DNA from: Anaerolineae bacterium
Lineage (GTDB): Bacteria > Chloroflexota > Anaerolineae > Epilineales > Epilineaceae
Assembly: GCA_029262755.1 (NCBI GenBank)
Contig: JAJCYU010000060.1
Coordinates: 1-55,340 of the forward strand
Direction: 5' to 3'
Length of the DNA stretch: 55,340 nt
The notes beneath the pieces are model-generated. The model was not told the origin of the DNA. It saw nothing but the letters and a program-made list of their open reading frames with translations, and did no database searches. The translations under genes were made by a program, and so were the position numbers. Positions 17,987 to 27,022 of the stretch are shown here, piece by piece (within the stretch, counting starts at the first letter, position 1; every line of letters starts with the position of its first letter).

Positions 17987-18010
17987 CGTTCGCGGATAGC
18001 GGGGTAAGAT
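17981..18010 (+). promoter_or_regulatory. Candidate promoter for the GNAT gene
   Basis: TTGCAT (17981-17986), 18 nt spacer, TAAGAT (18005-18010), ~40 nt upstream of CAGGAGG/ATG 18051. Motif match only. Confidence 0.3.
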
Positions 18011-18050
18011 CGCCGCTCACGACGCCATTCCCCTTCCCAGGAGGCCCCCA

Positions 18051-18647
18051 ATGCTCCACGGTCAGATCGTGTCCTTGCGCCCTATGGAACACGACGACAT
18101 CGAGCGCTTGTGGGAGTTCGCGCAGGATCTGCAGGTCGGGTTGACAACAGGCTACAGGCGCCCGACCCCGCGCGCCGCCGTGGAGCGACTCTACGAAGAG
18201 CGATACGGCAATCTGGATTCCGACGGTGTGTATTTTGCGATCGAAACGCATGAGGTGTTTATCGGCGGTGTCGAGATCGAACGAATCGATTGGCAGAACC
18301 GCTCGGCCGAGATGGTCATGTTCATCGGGGATCCCGCGTATCGCCGTCGCGGCTGCGGCACGGACGCGCTCACCGTTGCGGCCAACTATGCCTTCAAGGT
18401 GCTGGGCTTGAATCGTCTAAGCTACGACGTGCCGGCCGATAACAAGGGGGCCCGCGTCGTGTACGAACGCGCAGGCTTCCAAGAAGAAGGCAGCCGCAGC
18501 CAGGCTCACTATCGCGACGGCACCTACCACGACCTCGTCATGCTCGGCTTGACCCGCGACCGATGGACGGACGAGCGACCGATCGAGGAGTTGACGCGCA
18601 TCCCCGAGCCGGAGCCGATTGCTGGGGGCGCAGGCGGGCCGGCGTAG
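18051..18647 (+). CDS. GNAT family N-acetyltransferase (RimJ/RimL-like)
   Basis: 198 aa with CAGGAGG 6 nt upstream of the ATG. LRPMEHDDIERLWEF...MVMFIGDPAYRRRGCGTDALTVAANYAFKVLGLNRL...NKGARVVYERAGFQEEG shows the acetyl-CoA binding R-R-R-G-x-G motif and the overall Acetyltransf_3 pattern. Confidence 0.85.
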   Translation: MLHGQIVSLRPMEHDDIERLWEFAQDLQVGLTTGYRRPTPRAAVERLYEERYGNLDSDGVYFAIETHEVFIGGVEIERIDWQNRSAEMVMFIGDPAYRRRGCGTDALTVAANYAFKVLGLNRLSYDVPADNKGARVVYERAGFQEEGSRSQAHYRDGTYHDLVMLGLTRDRWTDERPIEELTRIPEPEPIAGGAGGPA

Positions 18648-18773
18648 GCCGGTTGGCCTGGTACGGTTTGCCGACGTAGATTCATACAGCGAGTTCGACT
18701 GCCGCGGCGGCCGAAGGATCTTCACGCTGCTCGCTAAGGTTGCCGTGCCCTGGGGATGTTGAGCAACCGGGCG

Positions 18774-19286
18774 CTACGAAGCCGAACTCGCGGACGGTGA
18801 GGTCTCTGCGCCAGGCTTCGCGGCCGATGCAGCATCATCGCTCACCTCGCCGCGCATGTGGTCCTCAAACTCCGCGATGTGTGCGACAAGCACGTTATGG
18901 GAACGGTCCATCTCGTGTCGCAAGCCCGTATCCAAGGCTTCGAATCGCGTCTCTAGATCTCCGCGGAGCTGCTCGAATCGCGAGGCCTCCGCCTCGTCGG
19001 CCAGCTTGCGCGCCGCCTCGACCTCGCGCGCCCATCGGCGGCTCTCGACGAGCCCCGACGTGCGGACCTGCGTTGTGTACAAGAGGTACAGTACGGCCAA
19101 TAACGCGGACGCAGCGAGCAATACCATGCCTGGCGAGACCGCCAAATCAAGCCACAGAAATCGGGACGGCGTGGCGAGGGCTCCGGTCTCCGGGTCGATC
19201 GGGCCGCGAATCACCGCCCAGTTTTGCCAACTGAATGCGGCCAGCAGTAGCGTAAGTAGGCCAAGGCTCAGATTTCGGAAGTTCAT
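18774..19286 (-). CDS. Small 2-TM membrane protein with cytoplasmic coiled-coil (LapA/DUF1049-like)
   Basis: 170 aa. Two hydrophobic helices (LSLGLLTLLLAAFSW; GMVLLAASALLAVLYLLY) are followed by a charged heptad-like region (RRWAREVEAARKLADEAEASRFEQLRGDLETRFEALD) and a Ser/Ala-rich tail. Confidence 0.65.
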   Translation of the reverse strand: MNFRNLSLGLLTLLLAAFSWQNWAVIRGPIDPETGALATPSRFLWLDLAVSPGMVLLAASALLAVLYLLYTTQVRTSGLVESRRWAREVEAARKLADEAEASRFEQLRGDLETRFEALDTGLRHEMDRSHNVLVAHIAEFEDHMRGEVSDDAASAAKPGAETSPSASSAS

Positions 19287-19465
19287 CGCGCGATCTCCTA
19301 GGGAGCGGATGTCGCGCGCATGATAGCCGGTAGTTCGGCCCGGCGCGTACCGGGCGTATCCGTGTTCGGCGCTGGTGCGTCCGCGCGGCTCGGGGCATCA
19401 TGTATTCGGGGAACAATGCTGCGGCACAACGATAGGCACCGTGATCTCACCGGGGGGAGAGACCT

Positions 19466-22400
19466 ATGCCGCGCGTGATACCCAGCGGCACCATCACGTT
19501 CTTGTTTACGGATATCGAAGGATCGACAGAGCGCTGGGAGCACCACGAGGCCGCGATGCGCAGCGCTCTGCAACGGCATGACGCGCTGCTCCGCGAAGCC
19601 ATCGAGGGCGCCGGCGGTTACGTCTTCAAGACGGTTGGCGATGCGTTCTGCGCGGCTTTCGCCACGGCGGGCGCCGGCATCGGCGCTGCCGTCGATGCCC
19701 AACACAAGCTCTTTGCGGAGGACTGGTCGGTATTCGGCGAGTCCTTCCCGCCGATCCGTGTGCGCATGGGCCTTCATACCGGCGAAGTGCAGGAGCGCGA
19801 AGGCGACTACTTCGGGCGGCCGGTCAACCGCGCCGCGCGCTTGGAGGCTGCGGCAAACGGCGGCCAGGTGATGCTGTCGCGCGCAACCTACCAGCTTGTT
19901 GCGGAAGGCTTGCCGGACGAACTGCGGTTGCGCGAGCTGGGCGAACACCGCCTCAAGGACCTGCGCAACACGGAGTTTCTATATCAGGTCGTCATCGACG
20001 GTCTGCCCGACATCGAGGTCGCGCCGCGCACCGTAGAAGAGCTACATCCGCGCGACCGTATCCAGGTCGCGGCGCCGGATGGCGGCTTGACAGCGTCCGG
20101 TCACGGGCTCGATGTCGATGAAGCTCTGTGGCGCCGGCTGCACGATGCGATCACGGGCGACGGTCGCGACGACGTCGTGACCTTGAGTGCAGAAGAAGCG
20201 GCCGCGCTCGCTCGACACAAGCCGATCGACGCCATGCAACTGCGCCTTGGTCGCGTCGCGGAATGGTCACAGCCGCGCTACCGGCTGGACGGTCGTTTCG
20301 TGGGGCTCACGCTTCTGCTCGATCAGGGCGAGGAGGCGACGCTCGGTCGCTGGCAGGAGAGCGGCGACCAGACCCAAGACCTGCGCGACGTGCTTGCTGT
20401 ACAGGACTCCCCGGTCTCGGTGGTGCTCGGACCGCCCGGTTCCGGCAAGAGCACGTTGCTGCGCCGGCTGGAGCTCGATACCGCGATCGACGCCCTGCGC
20501 GGCGAGGGCGAGGACGTCATCACCTTTTTCGTCCAGCTCAACACCTACGCCCCCGCGGCGCCGGGTGAACCGCCGCCGGCGCCCGCGGCATGGCTCGCGG
20601 AGCGCTGGGCCGTCCGAAATCCCGATCTCCCCTCGTTTGAGGATCTGCTCAAGACGGGACGCATGCTGTTGTTGTTGGACGCGTTCAACGAGATGCCCGC
20701 CTCGAGTGAATCGGAGTATCACGCACGCGCGCAGTTATGGCGTACATGGCTGCAACAGACGGTCAGCGACTACCCCGGGAACCGGATGGTGTTCTCCTGT
20801 CGCTCGCTGGACTACAGCCAACCGCTGTCCACGCCGGCACTGCGGGTGCCCCAGGTTCGTGTCGACGTTCTGAGCAACGAGCAGGTCATCGAGTTCTTGA
20901 GCCTCTACAGCCCTGTGCGTTGGCGCGAGATTTGGGCAGAGCTGGAGGGCAGCCCGCAGCTCGAGGTGCTGCGCAGCCCGTACTTCTTGAGCCTGCTCGT
21001 GGACCAAGTCGAGTCTTCTGGTGAGATGCCGGACGGGCGGGCTGCGCTGTTCACGGGCTTCGTGCGCCAAGCGTTGCGGCGCGAGGTCGAGCGGGGCAAC
21101 CCCCAATTCCAAGCCGGCGATCTGATCGCAACGCGCGATCTGCGTCGTGTCACGAAATGGAAATGGAAGAGCCCGTGGGACCTCCCGGAGCGCGGCGTGT
21201 TGCTCACGAAGCTGGCAGAGCTGGCCTACGAGATGCAGGCTGACCGGGACGACACGGAGATGTCGCAAGTGCGCATCGACGTGGACGACGCCTTCGAGAT
21301 GTTGGACGATGACCATGACGAGCAAATCGTCGCGGCCGGCGCAGCACTCGCCGTGTTGGACGAAGACGAGACCGCCGACGAGCTCATGTATGTCCATCAG
21401 CTCATTCAGGAGTACTTTGCCGCCCGCGCACTTGCTCGACGGCCAAACCCCGATCTCGTGGCCAGCCCGTGGCGCATCAGCGACGTCAGCCCGAGTCTAA
21501 GTGAGGTCGTCGAAGAGCTCGACCCTGCGGATCCGCTGCCCACCCTGCCCCAGACGGGGTGGGAGGAGACCACCTTGCTCGCGTCGGCCATGTCGGACGA
21601 TCCGGCCGCCTTCGTCGCCGAGGTTGCCACCAAGAACCTCGTCCTCGCCGGACGGTGCGCCGCGCAGCCGGACGTCGGATCGCGGCTGCCCGCAGTGCAG
21701 CTTGCCGCGTTGCGAGAGCAACTCGCCGAGCGCAGCCGTGACCCACAAGCCGACTTGCGCGAGCGCATTGCCTGCGCGACGGTCGTCGGCGAGCTAGGTG
21801 ATCCCCGCTTTGCTCGACACGAGGGCCCACACGGCGTGTATCTGCTGCCGCCGCTCATCGATGTCGTCGGTGGTGAGTACGTGATGGGAGGCGACGAGCC
21901 GATCACCCATGCCGCGGGCGTCTCCGAAGGGCATATTCCACGCCATACGGTGGCGCTTGAGGCGTTTCGCATCGGCCAATTCGCCGTAACCAACGCGGAG
22001 TTCCGCTGCTTTGTCGACGCCGGCGGCTACGACGATTCGCGCTGGTGGGACATCGAGCCCGCGGGCGCGTGGCAGCGCGGAGAGATCACCAACGAAGGCA
22101 ACAAGGCCAACAATCGCTTTTGGCACGGCCAGTTCAAGGCCAATCCCGAGCAACTCGAGGCATGGGCCGAGCAAGGCGTCCTCAGCGAGGACCTCGCCGA
22201 CAACTGGCGACGCTGGATCGCGCTCGACGACGACGCGTTCGAGGCGGAGCTCGACGACGTCTTCCCCGCCCGCAAGATCGACGCACCGCGCTATATCCAG
22301 GACAATCGCTACAACGCCGCAGCGCAACCCGTGACCGGCATCTGCTGCTATGAAGCGCGCGCATACTGTCGGTGGTTGTCCGCCCAGACGGGGCTCACGG

Positions 22401-22843
22401 TGCGCCGGCCTTCCGAGGCGGATTGGGAGGCAGCGGCCCGAGGCGCCGAGGGGCGCAGCTATCCATGGGGCGATACATTCGGTGCGTTCTGTGCCAATTG
22501 CGTGGAAACGCACATTCGCACCACCACGCCCGTAGGGGTGTTGCTGGACGGGGACACACCCGAAGGTGTCGCCGATTTATGCGGCAACGCGTACGAGTGG
22601 ACGACAAGCGCGTGGGGGCCGAATGTTGGCGTACCGCACTACGCCTATCCCTATGATCCGGCGGACGGACGCGAAGACCTGGCGCTTGAACCGAATTGGC
22701 GACGAGTGATTCGCGGCGGCGCCTGGTACTTCGACCCGGCCTACTGCGACGCGATCTACCGCTACGACTTTCCTCCGGCCGGATGGGCCGACGTGCCTGC
22801 GATCGGTTTACGCATCCTCGTCGAGGTCCACGACACCGATTGA
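19466..22843 (+). CDS. Class III adenylate cyclase / NACHT NTPase / HEAT / FGE-sulfatase-domain STAND protein
   Basis: 1125 aa with GGGGGGAGAG upstream of the ATG. Cyclase motifs: FLFTDIEGST, FKTVGDAF, GLHTGEV, GDYFGRPVNRAARLE. NACHT motifs: Walker A GPPGSGKST (20429-20455), Walker B LLLLDAFNEM (20666-20695), VFSCRS, and the winged-helix motif MYVHQLIQEYFAA (21386-21424). HEAT-like: VVGELGDPRF. FGE-sulfatase motifs: GGEYVMGG, FAVTNAEF, CCYEARAYCRWL, RRPSEADWEAAARG, YPWGD, GNAYEWT, RVIRGGAW. Confidence 0.9.
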   Translation: MPRVIPSGTITFLFTDIEGSTERWEHHEAAMRSALQRHDALLREAIEGAGGYVFKTVGDAFCAAFATAGAGIGAAVDAQHKLFAEDWSVFGESFPPIRVRMGLHTGEVQEREGDYFGRPVNRAARLEAAANGGQVMLSRATYQLVAEGLPDELRLRELGEHRLKDLRNTEFLYQVVIDGLPDIEVAPRTVEELHPRDRIQVAAPDGGLTASGHGLDVDEALWRRLHDAITGDGRDDVVTLSAEEAAALARHKPIDAMQLRLGRVAEWSQPRYRLDGRFVGLTLLLDQGEEATLGRWQESGDQTQDLRDVLAVQDSPVSVVLGPPGSGKSTLLRRLELDTAIDALRGEGEDVITFFVQLNTYAPAAPGEPPPAPAAWLAERWAVRNPDLPSFEDLLKTGRMLLLLDAFNEMPASSESEYHARAQLWRTWLQQTVSDYPGNRMVFSCRSLDYSQPLSTPALRVPQVRVDVLSNEQVIEFLSLYSPVRWREIWAELEGSPQLEVLRSPYFLSLLVDQVESSGEMPDGRAALFTGFVRQALRREVERGNPQFQAGDLIATRDLRRVTKWKWKSPWDLPERGVLLTKLAELAYEMQADRDDTEMSQVRIDVDDAFEMLDDDHDEQIVAAGAALAVLDEDETADELMYVHQLIQEYFAARALARRPNPDLVASPWRISDVSPSLSEVVEELDPADPLPTLPQTGWEETTLLASAMSDDPAAFVAEVATKNLVLAGRCAAQPDVGSRLPAVQLAALREQLAERSRDPQADLRERIACATVVGELGDPRFARHEGPHGVYLLPPLIDVVGGEYVMGGDEPITHAAGVSEGHIPRHTVALEAFRIGQFAVTNAEFRCFVDAGGYDDSRWWDIEPAGAWQRGEITNEGNKANNRFWHGQFKANPEQLEAWAEQGVLSEDLADNWRRWIALDDDAFEAELDDVFPARKIDAPRYIQDNRYNAAAQPVTGICCYEARAYCRWLSAQTGLTVRRPSEADWEAAARGAEGRSYPWGDTFGAFCANCVETHIRTTTPVGVLLDGDTPEGVADLCGNAYEWTTSAWGPNVGVPHYAYPYDPADGREDLALEPNWRRVIRGGAWYFDPAYCDAIYRYDFPPAGWADVPAIGLRILVEVHDTD

Positions 22844-24679
22844 GATCTCCGCTCTTTCGGGCGCGATGTCCGTCCGCGTGGATCGACCAAATTGGGCTTC
22901 ATACAACGCGGCGTACGCGCCCTCGGCAGCGAGGAGCGTCGCATGATCGCCGCGCTCTACGATGCGGCCTTTGTCGAGCACCACGATCTCGTCCGCTCCG
23001 CGTATGGTGGACAAGCGGTGCGCGATCACGAGCGCGGTGCGACCGGCGAGCAGGCGCTCGAGCCCCCGTTGGATGACCTGCTCCGTCCGCGTATCGACCG
23101 CGGCGGTCGCTTCGTCGAGAATCAGGATGCGCGGGTCGGTCAGGGCGGCACGCGCCAAGGAGATCAGCTGCCGTTGCCCCGCCGAGAGAGTCCCTCCTCG
23201 TTCCCCGAGATCCGTTTCGTAGCCGTCGGCCATCGCCTGGATGAACCCGTGCGCGCCCACGGCGGTCGCCGCGTCCTCGATCTGCGCCTGCGATGCCTCC
23301 GGTCGGCCGTACGCGATGTTGTCTCGAACACTTCCTGAGAAGAGGAAGCCTTCTTGGGGCACGAGGCCGATCGAACGGCGCAACTCTCTCGCACGAAGCC
23401 CAAGCACGTCGTGGCCGTCCACCCGCACGACGCCTTCTTGGGCGACGTAAAAGCGCGGGACGAGGTTCACCAACGTCGTCTTGCCCGCCCCGGTCGCGCC
23501 TACGATGGCGACGCTACGGCCCGCGGGAATAGCGAGGTTGATATCGTGCAACACGGGTTCGTCCGCGCCATACGCGAAGGTGACCCCTTCGAAGGAGATA
23601 GCGCCTTCGAGCCTGCCCACTGAACGCGCATCGGGTGGATCGGCATGGTCCTCCGGCTGATCGAGCAGCTCGAAGACCCGCTCCGAGGCGGCAAGCGCGG
23701 CCTGCGCTTGCGTCCAGAAGGTCGAGAGCTGTTGCAACGGCCGAAAAAGGGCGGACACCCAGAGCACAAACGAGACGACAACACCCACTTCCATGCGGCC
23801 CGCAAGGACGAGGTAGCCTCCGCTGCCCGCCACCGCAGCCGTGGCCAGCGCGCTCAGCAAGTTGATCGCGGGCGTGAACGCGCTCGTCACAGCCACGGCA
23901 CTCACGTTGGCATCTCGATTCGCACGGTTCGCAGCGGCGAAGGCCTCCACGTTGTGCTCGGTTCGTGCGAAGGCCTGCGCTTCCCTCACGCCGGAAAGAT
24001 CCTCTTGCAGGCTGCTGGACACGTCGCCGATGGCGGCCCGCGCGGTGCGGTACCGCTCGCGCGCTCTGCGCGCGAACCAGCGGGTTACCAGCCACGTCAA
24101 CGGCAACGAGAGCGACGTGATGCCCGCAAGCAGCGGGCTGGCGAACACCATGACAACGAGCACGAGCGATAGGCCCATCACGGCGCCGACACTCTGAATG
24201 AGGCCTTGGCTCAGGAATCCGGCGACCACGTCCACGTCGCTGACGAGCCGTGACTGTAGGTCGCCGCTACCGACGCGGTCGAGAAACCCGAGCGGCAGGC
24301 GCGAGACCTTGGCGAATAGCTCGGAACGCACCTGGTGCAGCACGCGCTGACCGAGGCCACCAAAGAGCAGTAACTGCCCGATGAAGCCGACGAGACCGAC
24401 GACGTACACGCCGAAAAGGATCATCATGGTGCGATCGAGACCGCCGAGCCGAACGGCAAGGTCCAGGCCCGGCGCTTCGAGCCAGCGGTCGATCGCACGC
24501 CCGATCAACAGCGGACCGAGCGCCTGCCCACTCGCGCCGAGCAGCATCAAGGCAAAGGTGGCTGCGATCACCCGCGGCTCCGCGCTCAGGTAGCCCAGCA
24601 GCCGCCGAAGGGTGCCGCCACGATCCGTGGCTGTGCCACGATCCGCCAACTCGGCGAGCCGCTGCCATCCCCCGTGCAT
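22808..24679 (-). CDS. ABC exporter, fused permease/ATPase subunit (heterodimer partner B)
   Basis: 623 aa with six N-terminal TM helices. Walker A GATGAGKTT, signature LSAGQRQLISLARA, Walker B ILILDEATAAVD. Its 3' end overlaps the convergent cyclase-NACHT gene by 36 nt. Confidence 0.9.
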   Translation of the reverse strand: MHGGWQRLAELADRGTATDRGGTLRRLLGYLSAEPRVIAATFALMLLGASGQALGPLLIGRAIDRWLEAPGLDLAVRLGGLDRTMMILFGVYVVGLVGFIGQLLLFGGLGQRVLHQVRSELFAKVSRLPLGFLDRVGSGDLQSRLVSDVDVVAGFLSQGLIQSVGAVMGLSLVLVVMVFASPLLAGITSLSLPLTWLVTRWFARRARERYRTARAAIGDVSSSLQEDLSGVREAQAFARTEHNVEAFAAANRANRDANVSAVAVTSAFTPAINLLSALATAAVAGSGGYLVLAGRMEVGVVVSFVLWVSALFRPLQQLSTFWTQAQAALAASERVFELLDQPEDHADPPDARSVGRLEGAISFEGVTFAYGADEPVLHDINLAIPAGRSVAIVGATGAGKTTLVNLVPRFYVAQEGVVRVDGHDVLGLRARELRRSIGLVPQEGFLFSGSVRDNIAYGRPEASQAQIEDAATAVGAHGFIQAMADGYETDLGERGGTLSAGQRQLISLARAALTDPRILILDEATAAVDTRTEQVIQRGLERLLAGRTALVIAHRLSTIRGADEIVVLDKGRIVERGDHATLLAAEGAYAALYEAQFGRSTRTDIAPERAEISIGVVDLDEDA

Positions 24680-26472
24680 CAGACGGGCTCAGCGAACGGC
24701 GTGTCGTCTACGAGTTGGCTTGCCACGATCTCGGCATAGATCGGACTGGATGCCACGAGGTCGTCGTGACTACCCTCCGCCGCCACCACGCCGTCCTCGA
24801 GGACGAGGATGCGGTCCGCGCGCTGCACGGTGGCGATCCGCTGCGCGATGACGAGCGCCGTTCGGCCTTCGAGCAGTCCATCCAACGCAGCCTGGATCCG
24901 CCGCTCCGTTGCAGCATCCACCGCAGAAGTCGCATCGTCCAGAATCAAGATACGCGGATCGACGAGGATCGCGCGGGCGATGGCCAAGCGTTGGCGTTGG
25001 CCGCCGGACAGCCCAACCCCGCGCTCGCCCACCAAACTTCCATACCCTTCCGGCAGATCGGCGATGAACTCGTGGGCCTGCGCGGCGCGTGCGGCCGCTT
25101 GAACCTGCTCGTCGGTGGCATCGGGTTTGCCGAAGGCAATGTTGTCGCGAATGCTGCCCGAGAAAAGCACGCTCTCTTGCAGCACGATGCCGATCGCTCC
25201 GCGCAAACTGTCTAACGTCAGATCACGTACGTCCTGCTCATCGACGAGCACCCGGCCGGCTGTGACGTCATAGAAGCGCGGCAGGAGGTTGATGATCGTG
25301 CTCTTGCCGCTTCCCGTTCGCCCCAAGATGGCGACGGTCTCGCCGGGAGCGGCCTCGAAGTCGACACCGGCGAGCACCTCCTGCTCCGCGCCGGGATAGC
25401 GGAAGCGCACGCCTTCGAAGCGCACCGCGCCGCGAACGTCGCGCAGCGGGCGAGCGCCGGGCCGATCGGCGACCTCCACCTCGGCGTCTATGACCTCAAA
25501 GATGCGGGCGGCCGACGCGCTCGCGCGCGAGAGCATCGCGCCGAGCCCTCCCAAGATGAACAGAGGCATGAGCAGCAGGGCCAGATAGCCGTTGAAAGCC
25601 ACGAGCCGACCGAGGGAGAGATCGCCCGTTGCGACGAGCCGGCCGCCGTACCAGAACACGGCCAGCGTCCCGAGATTGGCCAGGAAGAAGATCAGCGGGA
25701 AGGTCGTGGCGAAGGCTCGAATCAGCCCGAGCCACGAGTCGAGCAGCCGGTCATTGACCTGCGCATAGCGCGTCTGCTCGCGGTCTTCCGCCGCGAAGCC
25801 GCGCACGATGCGCGCCCCGGCGATGTTCTCCTGCAACACGACGTTTAGCGTGGCGAGCACCTCCTGGGCTTTCAAGAAGCCAGGACGTATCCGCGACACG
25901 AAGCGGGCGACGACGGCCGCGATCAGAGGCACCACGGCGAGCGCGGCGAACGCCAGCCGCCATTCGAGCGCGAAGAGCACGATGCCGCTGCCGATCAATA
26001 GCGATACGGCGGACACGAATTGCAGGAAGCCGAGGCCGACGAATTGGCGAACGACCTCGACGTCGCTGGTCATGCGCGCGAGCAGCTGCCCCGTCTGGGC
26101 ACGGTCATGGTACGAGAACGACAGCCGTTGCAGCTTGCCGTATACGTGATTGCGCAAGTCATAGGCAACGCCCTGACCCGCCACCTCGCCCCAGTAGCCT
26201 TGCAAGAATCCGAAGCCGCCGCGCACCGCAGCGGCGCCGACCAATCCGGCCGCCGCCCATGCGAGCGCGTTCGCGTTCCGACCACGAATACCTTGGTCGA
26301 TCGTGATCTCGAGCAGCCACGGGCCCAAGAGGCTCGTCGCGCTTACGAGCAGCAGGCTGATCAGGGCGCCGACGGCAACCCTGCGATACGGGCGGAGCAT
26401 GCCTAACGCGCGGCGAAGCGGTGCGGGATGGATCGCGCGCCCGCGTGGTTTGGACTGGGGTTGGGAGGCCAT
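24679..26472 (-). CDS. ABC exporter, fused permease/ATPase subunit (heterodimer partner A)
   Basis: 597 aa. Walker A GRTGSGKST, signature LSGGQRQRLAIARA, Walker B ILILDDATSAVD. Its stop overlaps the start of the downstream subunit (shared nucleotide at 24679), consistent with a two-gene operon. Confidence 0.9.
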   Translation of the reverse strand: MASQPQSKPRGRAIHPAPLRRALGMLRPYRRVAVGALISLLLVSATSLLGPWLLEITIDQGIRGRNANALAWAAAGLVGAAAVRGGFGFLQGYWGEVAGQGVAYDLRNHVYGKLQRLSFSYHDRAQTGQLLARMTSDVEVVRQFVGLGFLQFVSAVSLLIGSGIVLFALEWRLAFAALAVVPLIAAVVARFVSRIRPGFLKAQEVLATLNVVLQENIAGARIVRGFAAEDREQTRYAQVNDRLLDSWLGLIRAFATTFPLIFFLANLGTLAVFWYGGRLVATGDLSLGRLVAFNGYLALLLMPLFILGGLGAMLSRASASAARIFEVIDAEVEVADRPGARPLRDVRGAVRFEGVRFRYPGAEQEVLAGVDFEAAPGETVAILGRTGSGKSTIINLLPRFYDVTAGRVLVDEQDVRDLTLDSLRGAIGIVLQESVLFSGSIRDNIAFGKPDATDEQVQAAARAAQAHEFIADLPEGYGSLVGERGVGLSGGQRQRLAIARAILVDPRILILDDATSAVDAATERRIQAALDGLLEGRTALVIAQRIATVQRADRILVLEDGVVAAEGSHDDLVASSPIYAEIVASQLVDDTPFAEPV

Positions 26473-26552
26473 GGTCGGATTCTAGCATCGTGCCCCGGCC
26501 GGCCGCGGACCGCGCGCGGCTATGTTCTGATCGCAAGCAGGCGCTAGGCCCG

Positions 26553-26581
26553 TTGGGGGCAGGGGTGCGCCCCGCTATAAT
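26553..26581 (+). promoter_or_regulatory. Candidate sigma70-type promoter for the dksA-like/lspA/rluD operon
   Basis: TTGGGG (26553-26558), 17 nt spacer, TATAAT (26576-26581). TAGGAG SD lies ~8 nt before ATG 26618. Confidence 0.45.
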
Positions 26582-26617
26582 CGCCGCCCGAATCCGATTA
26601 GGCGATAGGAGTGCCTG

Positions 26618-27022
26618 ATGGCGACCCCAGCCCCCACGTCCCCATGTCCGTACAACAAGAATTTCCTCAAGCAGCAGCGTAAGCGTCTACTCGACGAGCG
26701 CACCTATGTGCTCAACGACATCGATGCGACGGAGGAAGATCTCGCCGGTTGGGCGTCCGGAGTCGACAACGACTTGACCATGAGCGAGGGTGCGACGGCC
26801 CTCACCGAACGCGAGCTCGATATGGGATTGCTTCAAAACGCCCGCACCATCCTAGACGGCATCCGACGTGCGTTGGAACGCATGGATGCCGGCACGTATG
26901 GCTGGGACCCCGTCCAGGGCGTTTGGATCCGGGCGGAACGCCTCGAAGCGCTGCCGTGGGCTGACCGTGAAGTGCCCGCGGTCGTCCGAGACGACGAGCC
27001 GCAGCGACCGACCACGTTTTGA
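26618..27022 (+). CDS. DksA/TraR-family protein lacking the C4 zinc-finger cysteines
   Basis: 134 aa. Coiled-coil region LKQQRKRLLDERTYVLNDIDATEEDL. C-terminal LERMDAGTYGWDPVQGVWIRAERLEALPWA aligns with the DksA/TraR motif GTYGxCxxCGxxIxxxRLxAxPxA, but the Cys positions are W/D/Q/V. Confidence 0.7.
   Translation: MATPAPTSPCPYNKNFLKQQRKRLLDERTYVLNDIDATEEDLAGWASGVDNDLTMSEGATALTERELDMGLLQNARTILDGIRRALERMDAGTYGWDPVQGVWIRAERLEALPWADREVPAVVRDDEPQRPTTF

Noticed and set aside
18774-19286. Pycsar/CBASS-like pairing of the cyclase with the divergent 2-TM protein as a cyclic-nucleotide-activated membrane effector.
   Set aside because: The small protein shows only two TM helices plus a coiled coil, and no cNMP-binding (CAP-ED), SAVED or TIR-type sensor. 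The cyclase specificity residues look adenine-type rather than pyrimidine-type. Divergent orientation gives no operon evidence.
22600-22843. Possible diversity-generating retroelement (DGR) variable region at the C-terminal end of the FGE-sulfatase domain (RVIRGGAWYFDPAYCDAIYRYDFPPAGW).
   Set aside because: FGE-sulfatase/CLec folds are common DGR targets. However, I found no reverse transcriptase ORF and no second, adenine-rich copy (template repeat) of this segment anywhere in the window. The full genome would still be worth checking.
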